DNA of 63,695 nt, the filler included, from Octopus bimaculoides (lineage: Eukaryota), in NCBI RefSeq assembly GCF_001194135.2. It is 8 parts of 7 records of this genome, joined end to end, with 100 filler letters (N's around TTAATTAATTAA, not from the genome) between each part and the next. Parts side by side here need not be neighbours in the genome. Positions count along the whole stretch, not along the records: positions 1 to 18,082 come from NC_068992.1; 7 more parts are not named here. One strand, 5' to 3'. Below, piece by piece: positions 1-13,400 of this stretch; within the stretch, counting starts at the first letter, position 1; each line of letters starts with the position of its first letter. The notes below the pieces were generated by a model. The model saw only the letters and a program-made list of their open reading frames with translations, was not told the origin of the DNA and did not search any database. Position numbers and translations under genes: made by a program.

Positions 1-363
<363 letters not shown>

Positions 364-695
364 AAACATTGACAATCACAATTTAGCGTGATATTACTTG
401 TGTTTATTTTGTCAGCAGTAGAATATATTGTGTCGCTAATTCCAATTATACGACTTCATCAGCATGAATCGCATTAATACAAATTGTTCGCTCTCTGTGT
501 CTGGGTCATATATTTCTAATTACTTAAGTGTTTATCCGTGCGCAATTTGCATTGAGCCTGACTCTAGCAGTTTCAAGATATTCGTTAGATGCGCATTTCA
601 GTTTGAATAGTTGGAATATCACTACTGCAGACTTTGATTAAGTAAACATTTTAAAATTCATTGTCGAGGTCTTTCACACACAAATAAACGGGTGT

Positions 696-751
<56 letters not shown>

Positions 752-912
752 NNNNNNNNNNCACACACATATATATATATATATATACTAGCAGCTAAGC
801 CCAGTTTCACACGGTTGGTTTGGATGATGTGGATGTAAAACCAGCCCTGTTTAAGCATTCGACTTGTCTGGGCACGCTTGCATTAAAAAAAATTTAGAAT
901 GACTTGTTTTTC

Positions 913-1071
913 TGTTCTATATTTAAGAGATGAGGAATTATGTATGTTATTTACATTATTTATATTTTACAGATATTTGTCCTCATCTTGTTTGTTATTA
1001 ACACAACCATCGAACTCGGAATCTTGGGGTTAGTAACCCGCACTATTAACCACTACGCCATATGCCCGTGG
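913..1071 (-). mobile_element. tRNA-headed SINE family E, internally deleted copy
   Basis: Reverse-complement A box (tggcgtagtgg) and B box (gagttcga) at 1010-1065. The tail matches 37800-37885 (gttctatatttaagagatgaggaattatgta...). Confidence 0.8.
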
Positions 1072-1235
1072 GAAAATATGGAGTGATTTTTTCCAGAATT
1101 CTGGTGACCTCTTCTATTCTCAAAATATATATATATATATGTGTGTGTGTGTGCTTGTGTATGTGTGTGTGTGTGTGCATGAGTGTGTGTGTGTGTGTAT
1201 GTGTATATGTATATATATACATTCATACACGCACA

Positions 1236-1267
<32 letters not shown>

Positions 1268-4105
1268 NNNNNNNNNNNNNNNNNNNNNNNNNNNNNNNNN
1301 NNNNNNNNNNNNNNNNNNNNNNNNNNNNNNNNNNNNNNNNNNNNNNNNNNNNNNNNNNNNNNNNNNNNNNNNNNNNNNNNNNNNNNNNNNNNNNNNNNNN
1401 NNNNNNNNNNNNNNNNNNNNNNNNNNNNNNNNNNNNNNNNNNNNNNNNNNNNNNNNNNNNNNNNNNNNNNNNNNNNNNNNNNGTAAACAGCGGAAGAGAG
1501 ATAGAACGTTAAACCTTAGTGCCATACATGGCAGAGATGTAGGTCAACCTTCGCCAAGCGGCTTTATGCGGTGTGCTTTAGCTTCGTTACTATGGTAACA
1601 GTCTCTATACATTTTCATCAGATCTCTTATACATGTGTGCGTTTCTGTAGGCATATGTAAATATGTGTGTGTGTGTGTGTGTGCTTGCGCGTTTCTGTGT
1701 GGGTGTGTGTGTATGTGTGTGGTGGTGGTAGTGGTATGTGTGTGTGTGTATGTGTGTGTGTGTGTGTGGGTGTGTGTGTGTGTGTGTCTGTGTCTTCTTC
1801 AGCATATGTTTCTTTACAAATGCGAGGGTTCTCAGCCAAACCGAACAGATTTCTCAGCGGTTAATTCGAAATTATCAAGGTACAAAGAAAACGACATTCT
1901 CAATGAATAATCTGTATTTCTTATTTATGCACATGACATTTAATAACCTTGAGGAACATCAGGTGTGTCTAAAGGTCATTTCATCCTTTTAAATGGGTTA
2001 AAATTTTGCATCTCAGATTTTTCCTCTCTACTTATTTGGGATGTGTTAGGATACTAAACAAATAGCTACAGCGCCATTTTAAACGTTATGCACCTAAGCC
2101 ACTACATATATCGATAAATGTATCGTAATATCTTTATTTATAGCTCGAAGGTATCGTTTTATTTTTCGAAATAGAACAGTTTTTTTTTCGATTGTACATT
2201 TTATGTGTTATTATTCATTTTATTGATAAATAATTGCCATGAACTTCAGTGAAGATATTTTATTGGTTGACACTAAAATGTACATCTATCTAGTAAACAC
2301 TGTACACGTCGCCATTATGTCAAACACTTCTGCTTCGTTGAAGAAGCTCTTTACAATTGCAGACAACGTGGTAATGTCAACTGTTGCTCAGAGTAGCTCT
2401 GTGGCAAAGTGACTATAGTCTTCTGTTCACAAGATTTAAACAGTAAATATATCCTGCTGAATGTACATTATATTTATATATGTTTTCCTACAGATCTTGT
2501 CCCCTGCGTGGTGTGAAGGGTGCATATGTGAGCACCCCGATCGGTTTCCGATTACCAAAACACATAACAAAAGAGTTGATCCTTCTCAGTAAAGATCAAT
2601 GAGTATGTATGCACCGAAACCACAAAAGAAAGGCATGGATGTTCACGATGAGATCTGAAGGCAATACTCTACTCAGAGCCAATGAATGGGCTCTGTCAAT
2701 ATGTCTCTTTAATATACAAAGTATTTGGTAATTTCATTGCGTGACTAAGCAAAATTATCATATGACTGAAGAAATAGATTTGGATCGCATTGCCATTTCT
2801 ATCGCAAAGTTCTATTCGTAATTTATTTATCAGTATATTTGAGTATTAAGTCTATAAGTATAGCAGTGTTTCGATTATTTTCACTACGTCAACATATGTT
2901 GATGTGTATCGGGGTACTTCGACATATTTAGAATAACATCATCGGTTCCCTTGTGTATACACACTCACACGCATATATATATACACACAAATATGAGGGT
3001 GTTTGTATGCGAAATTCATATACACTCACAATCATACATCTATATTTAGACGAAGTTGCACGGCGGCGATTTTGTCTTGATTCTAAACCTACAACTGTTT
3101 CTTGGACAAGAATACATACATTTCTAACTATTCATTTATAAAACATATTAATTTAGATGTAATGGGTGTACTTCACATTTCAACGTATCTTGTCCTCAGA
3201 AGGATGGCTTGTTTAGGCAACAGGATGTCTCGCTACGTCACATACTTACTTAAAAACTCGTGCGGCAACGTGTGGCAATGTGCGGCAATGTTATATAATG
3301 TGCAGCAAATGTGATATAATGTAGTGTGGCGAAATACAAAAAAAAAAACAAAAAAAAAACAGACGAATTAAAAAGATTTTCGGCTTGATATCGGCTATTG
3401 ATTAGGTGTGATACTAGCGCAAAGGTATGAGCAGATATGTTGAGATAACCAGGTACGATATACAGCGGAATGTAGTCCTGCTGATTCCGGCAGACAACAG
3501 TGCAATCATGACCTGTACACCACCGTGGTGCACAAGGGAAAGAAATAAAACTGACAGTTGAAGACAGAAACAAAAGCTATTACACATGTGGTAGTAAGAA
3601 CCAACTGCGTGCTTTATGTTGTGGAGACATAAAAAATCAATGGAACGGAGACAATGAAAAACTGCAATAGATACAATAATAGCAACGTTAAAGTACATAA
3701 ACTTATTTCCAGATAACCATTTGCTTTATATATGTGAAACGAACGAAGGCCTTGATCCATTACCTTTCCCAACAGCGAACAATCACATGAGGGTGCAAAT
3801 CACGACTGATTTATGAAGGAATTCTGTTAGAATTGTGTAAAATGACGAGAATAGGAAGTGGAGGTTGTTCATAGCTTTGCTGTGTTCTCATTTAGTTTAG
3901 AAGATAGATTCTTGTTCCTACGAGTGTGGTTTATCTAATCTATGTTCTACACTTAATCTAAATTATAGCATCATTTACCGTCTTTTTTTAAGATGTTACA
4001 TACAAACACATACACACACACACACAAACACACACGCACGAACACATACAGATAGATAGGCATACACACACATGTACATACATGTGTGTGCATATATGTT
4101 TGCGC

Positions 4106-4184
<79 letters not shown>

Positions 4185-4204
4185 TATATAAATATAAATG
4201 TATC

Positions 4205-4240
<36 letters not shown>

Positions 4241-5384
4241 CACAACCATACACGCGCACAAACAAACACACTCACACACACACACTCACACACACACACA
4301 CATGTATATATACATAAATATACGTTTTCATACATACATAGAGGAACATTCTTTCACACACGCACACATATTCTGTTTTTAATATTTATCAAATACTTAA
4401 TATGCTCCGTGTATATAGTCATTGCTTCTCCTTCCGCTTTCATATATATTTTTGCTTTAAAGCAACACGCTGTGGTTAGCCCTATTACAATGTTTCATGA
4501 TGTTTATACGAAAGTGCTCTCAGTGGGCAATAATGAAATGAAAATGTTGCTTTTACATGTTATTGGTTTTGTAACAAGTTTAATTACGCGTCATATTGGA
4601 CTAAAAACCGTGTTCTGGGATGAAAAGCATTCATATTGCAACTATGAATGACCTTACTGAGTTTGGTAACCGTATGAGAGATTTTGTGAATGATTCTTGC
4701 TGATCCACGTTAATTTAATCTTCTGTACTTCCTCCATTCTCTTTCTCTCAGTCTCTTTCTGTCTGTCTGTCTGTTTCTCCCTATCATTCTCTCTCACACA
4801 CACACACATAAACACGTACATATACAAATGTGGATGCCTATGTTCTTGTTTATATTTACAATAGTAAAATAAAATCGCTGCAGATTAACTTTTTAGCAGT
4901 GTTGTACGAAAGCTTTCATGTATAATATAATTCGATGCTTCGATGATGTCGCTTCATTAGCGATTTTTTCCTTCTCTATATAGACGTCCTCTTTTGTGTG
5001 TATTTTTTCCTGAATAATGGTTGTGTTAGCATTAAATATTTGTTTTGTGGAACGGAATCCAATCATTTGAGTTAATTTTTACAAGTCATCGTGTTGATCA
5101 TCCTTATAGATTTATCAGCAATCGTCATGCAATTCGATATGCAAAACTTTCACATTCGATGCTTTGATAATTAAGAAACATTTGATTTAAAATGCTTTCT
5201 CTTTTCCTCGTTTAGAAAGCTCTTTGCACACAGTGTTTTGCGTTTTTTACCATCTATATAAATTTCTATGAATTTCTTCATTCCATAATGTTTCCACAAT
5301 ACTAAAACATGTGTTTTAAATCCATTGAAGATCCTTTTCTATTCTAGGCACAACGCATGAGATTTTTGGAGATGGGGCCAGGCG

Positions 5385-5660
5385 ATTAGATCGACCTCGT
5401 TACGCAACTGATACTTAATTTATCGCCCCCCTAAAGGATGAAAAGCAAAGTCGATTTGTGTGTCTGTGTCTGATCCTCCCCACCATTGCTTGACAACTGA
5501 TGTTGGCATGATTACGTCCTTGTAACTTAGCGGCTCGGCAAAAGGAGTAAGTACTAGGCTTACAAAGAGTAAATCCTGGGGTCGGTTTCTCCGACTACAG
5601 GCAGTGCTTCAGCATGGTCACAGTGAAATGACTGAAACAAGTAAAATAAAAAAATAAAAA
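5385..5660. mobile_element. SINE chimera: family B fragment (-) joined to the 3' half of family A (+)
   Basis: tacttaatttatcg...ggatgaaaagcaaagtcga (B, minus) followed by gcttgacaac...aagtactaggcttacaaag...atgactgaaacaagtaaaa (A). Confidence 0.75.
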
Positions 5661-8252
5661 AGATATATATATATATATATATATACACACACCCCTACAC
5701 GAATTCATACATATATATTATACGTATGCACACACACACACAGGTACGTACCAAAGTGCGTACATTCCTAAATGTATCCTGCGTCTAATACCAATAAGTT
5801 TACGAGGATAAAGAAAGATTACAAGAATTAAATTATTAATTATAGAATCATATCACTTCGGAGTAAACATTTATTTTTCTACTGATGCAATACAATTTTA
5901 AACATTCGGTTATGTGAGGTCATGAGCTATGATCATACTCACGAACTACACTTAGACACATAGGTATGCGCATAACCGGTGTGTATAATTATATTTCCAG
6001 GTGAACGCCTCCTTCATTTAACCATCTTTAAACTGAGATGTTAGTTGTTTCCTGATGTCCATCTGAATTTCATATAAATGCATTTCTCTTCACATGGTAA
6101 ATTAATTACCAATGGAGTAGTTTACGAACGTGCAACTATTCCCAATTTTCATTGAGTAAAACAATCCGAATCCTACGTTTATCATTTGAGACTTCCATTG
6201 CTCCATATTTTATATAGGCATCATCCTTGATACAATAGATTCTGTTCTGTGAACTATGTAACTCCATACACTAAATACGATAAACCATATAGTCTTTAAT
6301 ATAAAGAAAATCATTTTGGAATGATTACAAGTCTCTTTCGTCTCTAATATCATTAAATATATTAATCACGGAAACTCTTTTAAGAATTCTGACAATTCGA
6401 AAAAGCAACAACCACAAAAAGCGAAAAATACGATGTGAAATATTCTAGTATGACGTCACTATAACTCCATTTCTGTTAATGAGACACAATGGAGAAAATA
6501 AACAACATTAAGCAATTGCGAACGTGACGCCCTGCGATTTGTCCACCTCTTCCAATTCTCCATTTTATTTTTTGTCCATGACTTCTCCGTCCCTTCTTCT
6601 CAGCTTTATTTCTGATGCATTAATTACGTCACCATACACATGCTCATTCTCTCTTCTATCCACAGAATCATCTTCAATTCGAAATCTTCATTCCATAGTC
6701 AGGTACAAACTCCATACTTGTATCTAACAGCAAGAACAGTATCGTCGCATACGCCCAACTCATATATCCGCAACAACGCCGCTCGTAGACGTCTCCTGGT
6801 GTCGATGCATATCCCTACGTATTTTACCCTCCAAATAGAGTCAACCATATATAAATATCCAAGGTTCGAGTTGTAGGAAGAAGGTTAGCTTCAAGCAATC
6901 CGTAGTAAATATGAAAAACAACTTTCAGAGATAATTGTGGTTTATTGAGAAGGAAGGTTGTGGATTTTTTCATACCGAAGTACGATAAGCTGAAAGAAGT
7001 TCTTTTTATATTTCACGGTAGGCGAACAGTGTTACAGGGTATGTGGATGAGAATACAAGAGTTAAGGAATGGAGAAGACAAGATCCGGGATACATTTGTT
7101 TAATAGGAAGCGGAAACTCGGAAGTAGTGAATATTCGTGGGGGATGTTTACCGCAGGTTACTCTTTAGGCCAAGGGTATACTGATTAAATGAAAGTTTAC
7201 ATTTTCGAAAGGAGGTTCATGTTAACACATGGAAGATTCAATCACAATGAGTAGAGAGCACAGTAAGAGTGGAGAATATTAATGGAGAGAGAAATTAGAA
7301 TTAAAAGAAGGAAGAAGAAAATACACAAAGGAGTGAGAAGAAAGAGTAATTTAAGCACAGTCATTTGACCGTTAGTAATCAATAGAGTTATTTAGGCCGA
7401 ATCACAGAATTTAGCAAGAGGAGTGGTATTTGAAAAACGATACTGTGAAGGAAAGAGGGTGGAGAAATATTTTGGTTCAAGGAGGAGAAAAAAGTATGCA
7501 TGAAGAAAGCAAGATAAAATGGGCAAAAATCGTTGCGGTTGCTATTAGCAAACAATCATGGAGTGTCTATTGCAGACATGTCAACAATTCCAGTCATCGA
7601 AGCCGAAGGCACATTCGTAGAATAATCTCATAAAATGTTTATCGGGAACGTGTCCACGAATTTTTTTGCTAGATTAGAATTGTTTTATCGAATTACTAAA
7701 TATATACTCAAACACCTCTGGCACACAATACCATACATATTTTATTTCATTTTAGACGAGTCCGTTCAATGGGTCATGAGTCAAGTTGTGAATGGAAACT
7801 TTTGATGAAAGTTATACATACCCCGGTCGTGAGTTGGAGTAGGAACTGTAGGTGGAAAAAAGAAAGAGAAATGAAGAGCAAAAACGGGGACGAAAATGAG
7901 AAGAAAGCAGGAGAAATGTAGAAGAGCAGAAGAGAATATTCAGAAGAGAGAAAATTGTAGGTTGGACAGACGGTTCAGCAAAATAGTTGAATAGAAATGA
8001 ATGAAATAGAATTAAACAACAAAAGATATAAAACACTAAACAAGTAAATACATCCCGGCAGCAACGCTGGTAACGGATTGTCACTTGTGAAGAAGGAATT
8101 TAGTGAATATCAATATGCTAGATAAATAAAGGATATTAATTAAATGCAGATCACTGGGAGTGAGTACATATAACGGAAATAATAGTAAAATATTAATTTG
8201 AGTATGTTTATTGGGGTTAATCAATTTTGCTATAATATTTTATTTCATTATA

Positions 8253-8467
8253 GCGGTCAGCTGGCAGAAACGTTAGCACGCTGGACGAAATGCTTAGCGA
8301 TATTTCGTCTGACTTTACGTTCTGAGTTCAAATTCCGACGAGGTCGACTTTGCCTTTCATCCTTTCGGTGTCGAGAAATGAAGTACCAGTTGCGTACTGA
8401 AGTCCACCTAATCGACTACACCTTCGCCAATATGTTTGGCTTTTTGCCTAGAGTACAAAAGAATATT
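8253..8467 (+). mobile_element. tRNA-derived SINE family B
   Basis: gctggcagaaacgttagc (A box), gagttcaaattcc (B box), core gtcgactttgcctttcatcctttcgg..gtcga..aagtaccag. More than 12 related copies in the window. Confidence 0.9.
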
Positions 8468-11400
8468 TTATTTCTATTGGGCAACTTTATTGAATACTGC
8501 CCTATCCACTCATATCTCTCTTACTAACCTATCTTCCTTTCCGTCATCATATTTCTGTTGTTCTCTCGTTTTTCTTTTTCTGTCACCAAGACCTCTTATC
8601 CCACCCTACGGCAGGAATCCTTCAAATCCTGAATAACCGAACAATACTTGCCTGATAAGCCTGAAAACGCTCAGGTGAAACTCGACCAAACTAAGAAAAT
8701 ATTATTAATCTCTACTTTTGATCGAGTATTCTTTCTTATGAAAGTCTACAGTAAACGGATACATGCACACATATACACAATTATTCCCATCACATTCATG
8801 TATGCATGTCTGTACGTATACATCTATGTATGTATGTGTGTAACTATGTATATATGCATGTATATAGGCGAGTAGAGGAAAGCAAGAGATTGGGTATGTC
8901 TTTATATCTTAACATCATAAATTACTGTTACATGTGCATGTAAATATGTATACACACACACACACACACACACATATGTGTGTGTGTGTGCGCGCGTGCG
9001 TGTGTGTATACGTATAAATACATATAAGCATGTGATACAATATCTTAAATATAAAGAACAATACAAACAGAATCGATTCAATCACTGAAATTTTAATTCC
9101 ATTTCTCTCCTTTCAATCTTATCTTCAGCAACAATCCGTACCAGTAATGTAACGAAAGGAGATATTTAACACCTTAGTCTAACATCCATACAGACATGCA
9201 GTCAGACAGAACGATGTGCATATTCTATTGGTATATGTCGATAACTTAAGTTATCAAAGAAGGAATCTACTATTAATTACTCACTGGCAAATTACATATT
9301 CACAATAATTATTGGTAATTTCCTTGGCTATGTAATTCTTTAGAGGGCCATGTAATTATCGTGTGAGTAAATGAGTGAGCAAAGGAAATATAGTGCTGAA
9401 GATGGGGAAAGCGAAAGAATGATAGTTTGTTATCATCCAATACTTCTTGTCTATCGCTTTATTCATTTGTTTTAAAATCCCCAACTTCCGGTTTGATGCA
9501 ACAAGCTTTAATATATACGATATTTCTTTTGAAAGTTTCACAAATTTTTAAATTCCATTTATTTCTAAGACATTTTTCCCCTAAGGATTCTTTTATGATA
9601 ATTTGTCTTGTAGGTTTTCGTTTGTATTTTTTAATTATTCACATTTCATTGAAGTCATTTTTGGCAGAGATGCGATATGGTTGCTTTAATTATAATTTTA
9701 AATAGTTTCATTAAAATTGCATTTTTGCTTTCTTTCTTTTAATTTGGTTGCATGTATTTTCCCCCTTTCTTACATTGATTCGTTCTGAAGTAAGTTTTCT
9801 TAGGATTCTGTCTTTCCCTTTGAAGGATTCACTCTCCTATTCTCTTTCTCTCTCCCTCTCTTACTCACTCACTCACTCATTCACTCACTCACTCACTCGC
9901 TTTATATATATCTATCTCCATATATCTATGTAACTCTCTCTCAGCTTTGCTCTCATTTCTTTCTTTCTTTATTATAGTTCCTCTTTTCTCTGACTTCAAC
10001 ATGTATTTTCTGAAAGAAATTTGGTGGAAATCAATATAATTTTAATACGTTTTGTTTTTAAATTTATATCTCGTTGAAATCAAGGATATTTAGAAATTGA
10101 GGGAAAAAATCATTACAGTATAATGTTATCTCGCATTTTAGCGTGTTTCATAATTTGTATTCTGTCATTATATAATATTTCAAGGAAACAACACACTGCT
10201 AAAAATCAATACCATGTTTTCATCACTACACTTTGGAGGCAATACATGTTATTATACATGCAACACTGTTTAGAGATTAATTTAATTATTCATGCTAAAT
10301 ATTCAGGTATATAGAAACATGTGTCAGATGATTTACTAGACTATGTTCACTATTCAACAACACTGAGTTCAAATTGAAATAATTAATGAAACACTCGTCC
10401 TTCACTTTCAACACAATGTTGCAAATAAAATATTGGCATCGATTATATTTATTAGCTCCTGAATTTAGATTCTAAGGAAGTTAATTATGATCACTACAAA
10501 AAAAAAATATCGAGAGATAAGATAGAACCGTACGTCACAGTGGACATCTAATGATCGTACATTGTCAGCATAGCACGTACTGTATTCCAAATACTGGCTT
10601 TCTTCTTCAGTAATCCACTTCTTCAAAAATTAAGAACCCGTAGCCATACTCGTTTGTATTGCGAAATATTGAAAACTGCTTTCGCATCTGGGACGGCGTT
10701 TTTACTGTACATACGGTCTTCTGTGATTATTTCTTGTTAAATTACAACTAAGTAGCAGGTATACGATCGCAAACAGTTTCTAGTCTATTGATGACAGGCT
10801 ACTATGCTTCATCTCTTTCATTTCTACCGCTACTAGTTTAGTGCAACCTCTATTCAAACATTGCCAACTCACTTGACAATCTTCTGCATATCACACATAG
10901 TGTGTCTCTCGCCTAGGGAATATTGCGTCTAGTCCTTACTTCATAGAATATTATCTCCCTGCAATTCTTCACTACCCGCATAATTTCACTGCAACACTCA
11001 ACATGAAGCTTTTCAAGAAATACTTTGGTAACCACTTTAACCTAAGCGGCCCCGAAAACCTGCCAATGCCTTGGATCTAGTTTTTTACGACCACACTAAA
11101 CTATTAGAAATTTATGATATATATTTCGCCATATCTATAAGACTTCGAGATATTCCTAGTACGCATTTGTTAAGAAGCGAGATATGTATGAATGCTGCAC
11201 ATTTCTGAGAACAAAATATGATAATGTGTGTAATAATTCAACCAACAGCACGTTTCTTTGCAAATAAAGAGAGGGTTATTGGGTTCATTAGGGTCACATA
11301 TCTGGCAATATTTAATTCCAGAATGGTGTCTCACTCAGCCTATAATCAGCTATTTGGATTGAAAACGTATTCATTATATTTTCTTGGAATATGAAAATAT

Positions 11401-11555
11401 TGTCAGTCATAAGCATTAGCTGCCAAACACATACACACGCACGCGCCGACACTCACTTGTGTTGATCAACTGATTGATTGCATAACCTAGGCCAGAACAG
11501 GGAGTGATAGGTTTGAATACAAAACGAATCTCATAGCAATATATTCTATAGAAGT

Positions 11556-11596
<41 letters not shown>

Positions 11597-12016
11597 TAAA
11601 TACTCGTACACAGACACACACGCATATGCACACATGCACACATACACAGACACAATCTTTATATACGTATATGTACGTATGTATTCGAAATTTAGGCATG
11701 TAACTGCTATACTTAGTCCACACCATATATCATCTTATAGGATTTGTTGATTGAAAGAAAATTTTGATGCATAAGTGTGCCACAAAACAAACAATTCATG
11801 ATATTTAGTAGCTTCTTTGGAAGTGATCCAGGACTTGAGATTAGTTTTTAATTTAATGCATGGGCAATTTTTGTTCTCATTCGAGTGTTTAAGAACCCGT
11901 CTAAATTAAATGTATTTTACATTTTTATGATACAAAATTGATTTCTAACATAAGGAAAATGCTTATTGGAACAAAATGTAAAGTAGATTAGATTGACACT
12001 AATATTAAATTGATAC

Positions 12017-12452
12017 GAAGGCGGCGAGCTGGCAGAAACGTTAGCACACCAAGCGAAATGCTTAGCGGTATTTCTTCTGTCTTTACGTTTTGAGTTCAAA
12101 TTCCGCCGAGGTCGACTTTGCCTTTCATACTTTCGTGGTCGATAAATAAAGTACCATTTGTGCACTGGGGTCCATGTAATCGACTTAATCCCTTTGTGTG
12201 TCCTTGTTTGTCCCCTCTATGTTTAGCCCCTTGTGGGCAATAAAGAAATAAGAAACGTTAGCACACCGGGTGAAATGCTTAGCGGTATTTCGTCTGTCTT
12301 TACAGTTTTAGTTCAAATTAGCTGAGGCTGACTTTGCCTTCCATCTTCTCGGGGTCGAGAAATGAAGTACCAGTTGCGTACTGGAGTCGATCTAATCGAC
12401 TGCCCCCTCCCCAGTATTTCGGGCCTTGTGCCTAGAATAGAAAAGAATATTA
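12017..12452 (+). mobile_element. Two tandem or nested family B SINEs with different tails (B1 then B2)
   Basis: agaaacgttagcacacc occurs at about 12034 and 12251. First tail ...tgtccttgtttgtcccctct..agccccttgtggg, second tail ...gggccttgtgcctagaatagaaaagaatatt. Confidence 0.85.
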
Positions 12453-13189
12453 AATTGGTACTTCTTTTACTTACGTAGAAAGAAGGAACATTCCAGATTC
12501 ATTACTATGTAATAAAAGGACGCCATGGCATTGAGAAAGATCTCGAGTGTGTGACAGTTCAATCTAGTTGATTCTTCAACTGGGATCTGATCATATCCAT
12601 ATATCAGAGATGTTTAGTGTCGGAGCATTACAATTTGGCAATTGTTTAATCATTGTTTTTAATAAGCTACATAACTGTTAGAATTTGTTTCATGAATAAA
12701 AATGTGACGATGTTAATCTTAAGTGCTTTACATGATCACAGTCCAAGAAACGTATCATGAAATCTAATCCATGAAACGTAACAGGAAGGAATCTAACACC
12801 ACTTTTACCATTGACGTAGTTAAAATGAATACTGCCCGTGCTAGCACTCGAGGTTACCCTTCGCCGGTATGCAGACAGTTTGATATATTAAATTGATGAT
12901 CAATTGCAACCATTGTAATAAATGATTTAATCGGTATATGCGTCTATATCATCTTCAGAGGGCGTTCTAAGCAAACCTACGGAATATGTAACTGATGTTT
13001 CTAACATGCCTAACAAGTAGATAATCGTTTGTTAGTTACTCAAAAATACATGATTACATAACTAACTTGCATTCTAAATATTACCTATCAAATTTGGACC
13101 ATCAATATTATAATTGTTAAGAAGCTAACGTATTCCGCAATAAAGGATGTACTCTCCTAAATATATACTTCCAATACACGCTCATTGTA

Positions 13190-13400
13190 AGGCACTGAGC
13201 CGGCAGAATCGTTAACGTGCCTGACGAAACGCTTAGCGCCATTTCGTCATTTCGTCCGTCTTTACGTTGTGAGTTCAACCTCTGCTTTGATCGACTTCAC
13301 CTTTTATCATTTCAGGGTCCACTTGATGGCTGGGGCCGATTTAATCGATTCAGCCGCTCCTCTAAAACTGCTGGCCTTGTGCTAAAATTTGAAACCAATA
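13190..13400 (+). mobile_element. Diverged family B SINE
   Basis: cggcagaatcgtta...gagttcaa...ggccttgtgctaaaatttgaaacca. Confidence 0.75.

Noticed and set aside
7900-7985. RNase H-like IVGWTDGS in a purine-rich 6.5-8.1 kb block
   Set aside because: A single short motif amid many stops, with no other collinear retroelement motifs I could identify.
13219-13235. CTGACGA-AAC hammerhead-like words (also 15263, 32828, 58636)
   Set aside because: No stem II between the boxes, or no GAAA box.
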